From Sedimentisphaerales bacterium (GTDB taxonomy: Bacteria > Planctomycetota > Phycisphaerae > Sedimentisphaerales > SM23-30), in the NCBI GenBank assembly GCA_963666285.1, contig OY762711.1: DNA of 64,000 nucleotides. One strand, given 5' to 3'. Shown in pieces: positions 50,910 through 58,871 of this stretch (the first letter of the stretch is position 1; every line of letters begins with the position of its first letter). Under the pieces are notes generated by a model that saw nothing but the letters and a program-made list of their open reading frames with translations, was not told the DNA's origin and did not search any database. The translations under genes were made by a program, and so were the position numbers.

Positions 50910-51015
50910 TAGGGATTATCTGAAATAGAGAAAGCCATGTAACTCATTGAATTACAAGGCTTTATTAGGTACGGCATTTAGGAATCAAACCTAATACCAA
51001 CGGATTAAAAGTTTG
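50910..51015 (-). repeat. Degenerate att-like repeat containing the 3' half of tRNA-Lys(UUU) (copy 2)
   Basis: Minus strand CTTTTAA-TCCG-TTGGT-ATTAGG-TTTGATT-CCTAA-ATGCCGT-ACC, next to the inverted repeat AAAGCCATGTAACTCATTGAATTACAAGGCTTT. No 5' half of a tRNA. Confidence 0.7.
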
Positions 51016-51666
51016 ATTCAAGGTTTTATAAGTATTTGCAAAAAAATGATTAATGACTACAAAACAACAACTTATGACGCCAAGCGAAGACCAATAGTAA
51101 CCAAAGAAACAATGTTGGCACATTATTTAGCACGCAGGCTGACATGAACGACTGGCAAAACTAATCACTTTTCCCTACCTTCTGCAATCCTGAGAGCCTC
51201 TTCAGCAGGCACACGGCATGTCTTGCCATCTCGACAAATATCAGTGTTACTTTCTTACTGTAATATTGCCTTCTAACCCATTTCAATTCTTCTGGTTTAA
51301 TTAAATTCATAACTTCAGATGGAAATATGATCAAGGTACAAATAATCATAATACTCAGAGCCATTCTCAACATCAGGTCGCTTCTGCTAAACACTCAATA
51401 TACGTGTCCGTTCGGTAAAGTACCAGTTGTAAGTTTTGATTGAGCTGATAAAATCTGTTCTGGTTGATTGAATATACCAACACCCCAATCAGTACAGGAT
51501 TATTTATGTCACAATCAGGCAAAAAACGCATATGAATCGTAGCGCGTAATTTGAGTAAAGCGAAATAAGAAATGATAAAATAGGAATATTTTTAGTTGCG
51601 AATAGGACGCAATTATTGAGCTAAAAACGATATTTTTATAGAAATACAGAATCGTTTATTTAAAAC

Positions 51667-51703
51667 AAAAAATTCCTTATAAACAATTAAGCAATAAGGA
51701 ATT
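51667..51703 (-). terminator. Hairpin plus T-run downstream of tRNA-Ser
   Basis: AATTCCTTAT...ATAAGGAATT inverted repeat followed by T residues on the minus strand. Confidence 0.55.
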
Positions 51704-51710
51704 ATAGTAA

Positions 51711-51793
51711 CGGAGAGAGAGGGATTCGAACCCCCGGAGGTTGCCCTCAACGGTTTTCAAGACCGCCGCATTCAGCCGCTCTGCCATCTCTCC
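51711..51793 (-). tRNA. tRNA-Ser(UGA), CCA not encoded
   Basis: GGAGAGA/TCTCTCC acceptor stem, discriminator G, anticodon loop CT-TGA-AA, long variable arm, GGTTCGAATCC T-loop. Confidence 0.97.
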
Positions 51794-51882
51794 AGAAAGC
51801 CCTTAGCAAAAGCGCTAAAGGCTTAAATATTCAATTGTTATAGAAAATACCAGCGAAAATTACTAATACTTTCGAGTCAAAT

Positions 51883-51911
51883 ATATTATATTAATATAAT
51901 CGGCACGTCAA
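51883..51911 (-). promoter_or_regulatory. Putative sigma70 promoter of tRNA-Ser
   Basis: Minus strand TTGACG-N17-TAATAT. Confidence 0.5.
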
Positions 51912-51961
51912 GGGCAAAATTTACCATAAATTTGCAAATTTGCTCATATCGAACATTATTT

Positions 51962-54070
51962 TTAGTCTTTTTTCGCTTCTGCTTCAACTGCCTTGCGAGA
52001 CAGCTTAACTCTGCCCTGCGGGTCAATTGCGATTACTTTAACATCAAACTCATCGCCAACCTTACAGACATCTGAAACATTCTTGACATATTCTGTGCTC
52101 AGCTCACTTACATGACACAAACCTTCACGGCCTGGTGCCAGCTCGATAAACGCACCAAAATCTTTCACAGACACAACCTTACCAGAGTAAGTCTTACCTA
52201 CCTGCATCGGCTGGGTCATCAGGTCAATTATATCTTTGGCTTTCTGATGGCCATAACCGCCAACACAAGAGATAAACACTGTACCGTCTTCTTCGATCTC
52301 GATCTTGGTACCTGTAGTTTCCTGAATCTTCTTGATCTCACGACCGCCAGGACCGATTATCATGCCTATCATATCTACTGGCACCTGGGTAGTTAAAATC
52401 TTTGGAGCATACTCTGAAGTTTCTTTTCTTGGTTCTTCGATTATGCTGTGCAGAACCTTCAATATCTGCATACGAGCTACCTTGCCGCGCTCGAATGTCT
52501 CTTCAATCTGGTCCATTCTTATGCCACGTGCCTTAAGGTCAAGCTGGATACCTGTAATACCATCTTTGGTACCGGCAATCTTAAAGTCCATATCGCCGTA
52601 ATGATCTTCTTCACCCAGAATATCGGTCAGCAAAGTATGATTACCATCGGCATCGGTTACCATACCGGTAGAAATACCGGCAACTGGTGCAATTATCGGC
52701 ACACCGGCATCCATCAATGCCAAAGTACCGGCACACACTGTTGCCATGGAGCTTGAACCGTTCGATTCAAGAATATCACTTACAAGCTTGATTGTATAAG
52801 GGAATACATCCTGACTTGGAATTACCTGGTTCAATGATTTCTCTGCTAATGCTCCGTGACCAATTTCACGACGGCCCGGACCCATTATACGGCGTGCTTC
52901 ACCCACACAGAATGGCGGGAAATTATAATGCAGCATAAAACGCTGACCAAATTCATCCTGTAAACCATCAACCATCTGCTCATCCGAAGCAGTACCAAGC
53001 GTACAGCTCATCAGAGACTGGGTCTCACCGCGAGTAAACAGTGATGAACCATGATTCCTAGGCAATATTGCAACTTCGCCGCTAAGAGCACGAATCTCTT
53101 CATAACCCCTGCCGGCACTTCTGTTACCTGCAAGAATCATATCTCGAACTGTCTTTTCCTCAAAGTCTTCAATTGCCATGCGTACCAGTTCCGGTGTGTA
53201 TTTCCATTCTTCTTCCGGTACATCTGCCGGCATAACCTCAGCCTTAAACGCGTCAAACAGCTCTGCTGCTTTTTCATAACGTTCAGTCTTCAGCTCCAGA
53301 GATTTTGATGCTTTATATTCTTCACCAATCTTAGATTCCAGCATTGATACCAGCTCAGAGGTATCCGGAACTTCAAATGGAGCCTTTTCCTTGCCGCAAA
53401 TTCCCTGAAGCTCTGTTATCATTGAACAAACTTCCTGGATCACCTTGTGGCCCAACTTGATAGCTTCCAGAACTTTATCTTCAGGCATCTGTTTCGCTGC
53501 AACTTCGATCATATTTACAGCATCAGCATGACCACCTAAAACCAGTTCCAGTGTGCTTTTTTCCAGTTCCGCAGGAGTTGGATTTACTACAAACTCACCA
53601 TCAACACAACCAACACGAACAGCACCTAACGGCCCTTGGAATGGAATGTGAGAGATCGCCAACGCCGCGGATGAACCGATCATAGCCAAAATATCTGGCT
53701 CATTGTGGTTGTCATAAGAATATACTATAGACTGAAGCTGTACTTCGTTAAAATATCCCTTGGGAAAGAGTGGACGTATCGGGCGGTCGATCATACGCAT
53801 GGTCAACACTTCCTTTGTGGTCGGGCGACCTTCACGCTTCATAAATCCGCCGGGGAACTTGCCCGCCGCACTTGTACGTTCACGATAGTCAACAGTTAGC
53901 GGAAAGAAATCTATTCCTTCACGCGGCTCTGCACCTACAACTGTTGATAATACTACTGTTTCACCGTATCTGACCAGCACGGCACCTGATGCCTGCTTTG
54001 CCAGCTTTCCGGTTTCGATTGATAATGTCCTGCCTGCAATTTCTCGTTCTACTTTATTAATTACCGTCAT
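51962..54070 (-). CDS. pnp: Polyribonucleotide nucleotidyltransferase
   Basis: ETGKLAKQA, DFFPLTVDYRE, FTRGETQ, RREIGHG, SNGSSSMA, GDMDFK; KH and S1 domains. Confidence 0.98.
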   Translation of the reverse strand: MTVINKVEREIAGRTLSIETGKLAKQASGAVLVRYGETVVLSTVVGAEPREGIDFFPLTVDYRERTSAAGKFPGGFMKREGRPTTKEVLTMRMIDRPIRPLFPKGYFNEVQLQSIVYSYDNHNEPDILAMIGSSAALAISHIPFQGPLGAVRVGCVDGEFVVNPTPAELEKSTLELVLGGHADAVNMIEVAAKQMPEDKVLEAIKLGHKVIQEVCSMITELQGICGKEKAPFEVPDTSELVSMLESKIGEEYKASKSLELKTERYEKAAELFDAFKAEVMPADVPEEEWKYTPELVRMAIEDFEEKTVRDMILAGNRSAGRGYEEIRALSGEVAILPRNHGSSLFTRGETQSLMSCTLGTASDEQMVDGLQDEFGQRFMLHYNFPPFCVGEARRIMGPGRREIGHGALAEKSLNQVIPSQDVFPYTIKLVSDILESNGSSSMATVCAGTLALMDAGVPIIAPVAGISTGMVTDADGNHTLLTDILGEEDHYGDMDFKIAGTKDGITGIQLDLKARGIRMDQIEETFERGKVARMQILKVLHSIIEEPRKETSEYAPKILTTQVPVDMIGMIIGPGGREIKKIQETTGTKIEIEEDGTVFISCVGGYGHQKAKDIIDLMTQPMQVGKTYSGKVVSVKDFGAFIELAPGREGLCHVSELSTEYVKNVSDVCKVGDEFDVKVIAIDPQGRVKLSRKAVEAEAKKD

Positions 54071-54273
54071 AATTCACCTACTTCTTGTTTCCTACAAAAT
54101 TTACACTAACCAACATATTTACATCAATATACTGCTAAATTCACCGTTACAAATCTTTACATCATCCGACAAAAATTGCAGCTTAGGTTTTTACCAATAT
54201 TTACTTTTCAATTTCTCAATTTTTAGAATAACATTAATTCTTCAATTATCTCGTTTCCGCAATCTCCGGAAAC

Positions 54274-54309
54274 GAAACAAAGAGGTCACCCTTTTCGAGC
54301 GGCCTCTTT
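54274..54309 (-). terminator. rpsO terminator hairpin
   Basis: Minus strand AAAGAGGCCGCTC-GAAAA-GGGTGACCTCTTT-GTTT. Confidence 0.65.
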
Positions 54310-54358
54310 GGTATATATCGTATTATTTTTTACAACAGATAAGATAATGCATATTTTT

Positions 54359-54625
54359 TTATTTACGAAGACCTAGGCGTTTGATCAGGGTCTGATAACG
54401 TTCTACATCTGTCTTCTTCAGATACTTCAGCAAACCTGAACGGCGACCTACCAGCATCAGTAGTCCGCGACGAGATGCATGATCTTTTTTGTGCATCTTG
54501 AAATGCTCGGTGAGCTCTTTGATTCGTGCTGTCAGAATCGCTACCTGTACTTCTGGTGATCCTGTATCACCGTCATGAGTAGCATAATCTTTAATTACCT
54601 GCTGTTTAATTTCTTGTTTAATCAT
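54359..54625 (-). CDS. rpsO: 30S ribosomal protein S15
   Basis: [13 protein letters not shown]...[12 protein letters not shown]; start at ATG 54625 after a GAGGA SD. Confidence 0.98.
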   Translation of the reverse strand: MIKQEIKQQVIKDYATHDGDTGSPEVQVAILTARIKELTEHFKMHKKDHASRRGLLMLVGRRSGLLKYLKKTDVERYQTLIKRLGLRK

Positions 54626-54770
54626 TTTTGCTTCCTCTTCCCCGGACAACCCGAACAACGGCATCATCCAGCATGAAGTTTTTCCTTTTTATCTTAAGCT
54701 TATTCTTTCATGACAGGCAACTAACCCGCCAAAAGCTTTTCATACTATGTTATACAATCGCTCTGTATAA

Positions 54771-55082
54771 TTACTTGCTGATTGAAGTAATTTCCACTTC
54801 CAGGTATCTCTGGCGGTGACCGATACGTCTGCGAGAGTTTTTACGACGACGGAACTGCATCGGATACACTTTAGGACCGTAAGCTGTTGTCTTTACTGTA
54901 CCTGCAACCTTTGCACCGTCAACATAGGGCTGACCGACAACACTTGAGCTGTCGTCACGCACAAATAGAACCTTATCAAATTCTATTGCCGCACCTTCTT
55001 CAACATCACGTACTTCGATCGCTACGCTCTGTCCTTCTTCAACCTTGTACTGTTTACCGCCGTCTTCAATTATCGCGTACAC
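54771..55082 (-). CDS. rplU: 50S ribosomal protein L21
   Basis: MYAIIEDGGKQYKV...GHRQ. Confidence 0.97.
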   Translation of the reverse strand: MYAIIEDGGKQYKVEEGQSVAIEVRDVEEGAAIEFDKVLFVRDDSSSVVGQPYVDGAKVAGTVKTTAYGPKVYPMQFRRRKNSRRRIGHRQRYLEVEITSISK

Positions 55083-55282
55083 TATTATATACTCCTGTTT
55101 TTGTTTATACCCATCAAATTTATGTCCTATCGAACGTGAGTTTTACACTTAATATCTCACTATTTTACCATCGATCGGCTTTTCTACACAATATGTGTAT
55201 AAACTCTCTATCCTATATGTGAGTCACGTATTATTGCAAAATTCCGGATAATTGCAAGTTATTTTTGAAAAAACTTAAACTT

Positions 55283-56041
55283 TTACGCCAGACTTCCACA
55301 AACGGGACACATTTCACCTGCCGATACGATCTCCGAACAACTAAACTGGTTATCCCAGATATCATAATGCACCAGAGATGGTACTACCTCTTGGCCTGAC
55401 AAATGCTTCAAGGCCCAGCTCACCTGCAATGCCGTAGTCATCGTAACTACTGGTGCTATAACACCTTTCGTTTGAGCAGTATCTACATCTGCCTTATTTC
55501 TCGGCGGATCAAACATACACCGCAAACATGGCTTACCACCCCCCGGAAAATATGCCGCCATACCCGAACTCCCGGCAACAGCTCCATAAACCCATGCAAT
55601 ACCACTACTTACTGCATATTCATTAATCTCAAAACGCACATAGATATCGTCTGTTGCATCCATTACTATATCAAAGTCTTCTGGATCGAATTCTGAAACC
55701 GTCTCTTCACTGAACCAACCTACATAACTGCTTAATACTACCCCGGAATTCACACCTGCCAGCCTCTCAACCGCAATCTCAGCTTTATTTCGTTCTTTAG
55801 CCGCATCCATTTCATTAAAAAGGGTCTGACGCTGCAAATTACTCAATTCCACCTTATCTGGATCAACTATCATCAAAGAACGGATCCCTGCTCGAACCAG
55901 CAGTGACGCAATATTTGTCCCCAATGCCCCACAGCCGATCAGTAAAACACGACCCTGGCTTATTTTGGCTTGACCGCTCTGACCAATACCATTAAAGGCT
56001 ATCTGCCTGGCATACCGATTGTCACCTGATTCCTTTGTCAT
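55283..56041 (-). CDS. ThiF/MoeB/HesA family adenylyltransferase
   Basis: RYARQ, GCGALG, VELSNLQRQ, PCLRC and CPVC zinc motifs. Confidence 0.9.
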   Translation of the reverse strand: MTKESGDNRYARQIAFNGIGQSGQAKISQGRVLLIGCGALGTNIASLLVRAGIRSLMIVDPDKVELSNLQRQTLFNEMDAAKERNKAEIAVERLAGVNSGVVLSSYVGWFSEETVSEFDPEDFDIVMDATDDIYVRFEINEYAVSSGIAWVYGAVAGSSGMAAYFPGGGKPCLRCMFDPPRNKADVDTAQTKGVIAPVVTMTTALQVSWALKHLSGQEVVPSLVHYDIWDNQFSCSEIVSAGEMCPVCGSLA

Positions 56042-56122
56042 ACCAATACCATAATTTTGCCAACTAACTACCGCCTCAAGTTAACAAATCATACATACCT
56101 ATAACAGTAAACTAATTCTTAT

Positions 56123-56283
56123 GGTGACCTCTGAAAATTGCTTTTGATGCGATAGTTTAAGATTTTGGTTGCTGACAAGGAATATAAAATCATGCATATT
56201 GGGCTATATTCACTGTTTTATATGACGCATGTCAGCAGGCAAAAGAAAAACTAGTCGCTCAAAATGAATTTTCAGAGGTTGCC
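56123..56283. mobile_element. Fold-back MITE-like element (161 bp), TTAT target duplication
   Basis: Termini GGTGACCTCTGAAAATT / AATTTTCAGAGGTTGCC; the whole element is an imperfect palindrome; TTAT at 56119-56122 and 56284-56287. Confidence 0.7.
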
Positions 56284-57384
56284 TTATACATTAAATAAGA
56301 AATGAACCACATCCCCATCTTTCATCACATAGTTCTTTCCTTCAACTCGCAGCAGCCCGGCAGCTTTGGCACCCGCTTCACCGTTATGTTGGATATAGTC
56401 ATCATAGCCAATAACCTCGGCACGAATAAAGCCACGCTCGAAATCCGTATGAATTACACCTGCCGCCTGTGGCGCGGTATCGCCCTGCCTGATAGTCCAG
56501 GCGCGAACTTCTTTCTCTCCCGCGGTAAAGTAAGACATCAAACCCAAAGCATGAAATGATTTATGGATCACCTGCTCCAAGCCGCATTCTTCTACCCCCA
56601 TCGACTCGAGGAACTCCATACGTTCATCATCTTCCATCCCCACCATCTCTTCTTCCAGCTTCGCACATATCTTCACTACCTCGGCACCACGCTCCGCGGC
56701 AATACCGCGCAGTGTGTTAACATACTCATTATCCTCGGTTAGCGTATCCTCATCAACATTCGCCAGGAAAATCACCTTCTTCGCCGAGATAAAACCCATC
56801 TCCTTAAAGAATGACTCCTTAAGAATACCATCTGACCATTCGAAACTGCTCGCCGGTTTGGAATCCTCGAAATGAGCCTTTAACGAATTCGCCATCTCAA
56901 TCACAGGTCCAAGCTTTTTATCTGTTCTTGCCAGTTTACCCATACGTTCAATTTTACGCTCAAGCTGCTCCAGGTCAGAGATTATCAGCTCAATCTCGAT
57001 CGTCTCAACATCACTGGCCGGGTTAGGCTTCGCATCAACATGTACTACATCGTCATTATCAAAACATCGTACGACATGGATCACCGCCGCTGTCTCACGT
57101 ATATTCGCCAAAAACTTATTTCCCAACCCTTCACCCTTACTGGCTCCTTTTACCAGCCCGGCAATATCGACAAATTCGACCGTACTTGCCTGTATCCGCT
57201 GCGGGTTCACTATCTTCGCCAATGCATCCAGACGTTTGTCCGGAACAGGAACTATCGCCTTATTCGGCTCGATCGTACAGAACGGATAGTTCGCCGCTTC
57301 TGCATTCTGTGCCTTGGTCAGTGAATTAAATGTCGTACTCTTGCCAACATTAGGCAAGCCGATTATACCCATACTTAACGCCAT
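56284..57384 (-). CDS. ychF: Redox-regulated ATPase YchF
   Basis: GIIGLPNVGKST, ANYPFCTIEPN, DIAGLVKGASKGEGLGNKFL, IHTDFERGFIRAE. Confidence 0.98.
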   Translation of the reverse strand: MALSMGIIGLPNVGKSTTFNSLTKAQNAEAANYPFCTIEPNKAIVPVPDKRLDALAKIVNPQRIQASTVEFVDIAGLVKGASKGEGLGNKFLANIRETAAVIHVVRCFDNDDVVHVDAKPNPASDVETIEIELIISDLEQLERKIERMGKLARTDKKLGPVIEMANSLKAHFEDSKPASSFEWSDGILKESFFKEMGFISAKKVIFLANVDEDTLTEDNEYVNTLRGIAAERGAEVVKICAKLEEEMVGMEDDERMEFLESMGVEECGLEQVIHKSFHALGLMSYFTAGEKEVRAWTIRQGDTAPQAAGVIHTDFERGFIRAEVIGYDDYIQHNGEAGAKAAGLLRVEGKNYVMKDGDVVHFLFNV

Positions 57385-57689
57385 TAATATATCCTCTATC
57401 TAGCATTTATTTAACATTTTTTGTCGCAAACAACTTAATAATATACAGTTACATGCTATCCTACTCTCTCACAGAGTTTAGACAATCAGTGCAGTATTGT
57501 AACGCCAAATCGCTATTTTGCAAGTAAATAAGAAATATGCCGCACTTAACAGAGCAACACTTATGAGATAATATTTAAATAAAATCCAAGATAGCCAGAA
57601 CCTTATCCAAACTTTTTGACATGCCTGCCCAGTTCAATCATAGCTAATCCCCCTCTCAAAATGTCATAACTGACACTTGTACACAGAAA

Positions 57690-58643
57690 TTACGGAACAA
57701 ATTCCTCTGGTGAATTATCATTGGTAATTGCAGCAAAGCTGAAATTCCTGAACTGCATCGATACCCGATTCAATCCGGTTACCTCCCACCCCAAAATAAC
57801 TGATGTTATTTTATAATCGGCCAATTCTCTTGAATCCTTCAAATACCCTTTTTCCCACGCTGTCTCTAAGGCTTTCAGAATCTGTGGATAAATATCCTTG
57901 TCGATCGTTACCCACTGCCCCTCTTTGACCGGTTCAGACAAATAGGCCCGGGCTCCAGGATTGTAGATCATTTTTTGAGAGGGATCTGCAAAATCCTGCA
58001 TTATCAACAAAGGCGAATATTCGTATCGATCATCAAAAACAGGTATCTGAAACCACAGAAAATCGCCATAGCCTGCTGATGCTTGATTACGATTCTGGAT
58101 AATTAAAACACCAGAGATTTGTGCGCAATGCAAAGCGGTATCATACCCGGCCCTCTTTTCGGTTTTACAATAATTCAGTTTGGCTTCCAGATGATAAGTT
58201 AGCACCTTTATTGCTGCTAAAGACGGGCAGCAATCGACAATCCCCTGACTGACAAGCAGATGCGGCCAGGGTTCACCGGATTTGCGATAGCTGTCCTTAT
58301 ATTCAATAACCGAGTCTAGCGATAGTGTCAAATCCGACCAGTCTGAATCCGGCTTTCCGATGATAACTTGTTTTGCTGAATTTTCGAATATATATTTACC
58401 CGGTGTCGGATTTTTTACCTCAACACCTGCAATAGAATAACCGCTATGCCATTGAGCCAGTTGCCAGGCAGGCTCACGGCCTTCTTCCATTACCAGCTTA
58501 TCGTCAACAACAGATTTGCCATGAGCTGGATTCAATACTTCAAGTCCCCCTTGAAAATGACAATCTGTCAATAATTGAACCTCCGCAGCCCATATCCCTT
58601 TAACCAGGATAAAAAAAGTAAATATAAGAAATCGTTTATTCAT
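57690..58643 (-). CDS. Secreted hypothetical protein
   Basis: 317-aa ORF with signal peptide, rich in aromatic residues; no family I can recognise. Confidence 0.7.
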   Translation of the reverse strand: MNKRFLIFTFFILVKGIWAAEVQLLTDCHFQGGLEVLNPAHGKSVVDDKLVMEEGREPAWQLAQWHSGYSIAGVEVKNPTPGKYIFENSAKQVIIGKPDSDWSDLTLSLDSVIEYKDSYRKSGEPWPHLLVSQGIVDCCPSLAAIKVLTYHLEAKLNYCKTEKRAGYDTALHCAQISGVLIIQNRNQASAGYGDFLWFQIPVFDDRYEYSPLLIMQDFADPSQKMIYNPGARAYLSEPVKEGQWVTIDKDIYPQILKALETAWEKGYLKDSRELADYKITSVILGWEVTGLNRVSMQFRNFSFAAITNDNSPEEFVP

Positions 58644-58804
58644 GTCTTATCCAAACCCTGCACTTGTTTAATATTTTAACGACTTATATAAAAGCAGTTT
58701 AGAGAATTTTAACTATAAGTTTTGAATAAAACAATACGAAAAACCTATCTTGAATCTCAAATATTTAAATTATGACAATATTCGCCAGTAACAGAGTATA
58801 TTTC

Positions 58805-58851
58805 AAAAAAAAACGCATTCTCCCCTAACATATAAAGGGAGAACACGTTTT
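58805..58851 (-). terminator. Intrinsic terminator of the 58872 gene
   Basis: AAAACGcaTTCTCCC...GGGAGAAcaCGTTTT stem with a long T-run on the minus strand. Confidence 0.7.
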
Positions 58852-58871
58852 ATAATCTGATATTATCCGAA

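Noticed and set aside
50960..51015. Functional tRNA-Lys gene (also 38179-38222)
   Set aside because: No 5' acceptor strand or D arm, and the T-loops are mutated; treated as att remnants.
51161..51394. 77-aa ORF as an integrase remnant
   Set aside because: The position next to the att-like repeat is suggestive, but I found no tyrosine-recombinase catalytic motif in the frames I read.
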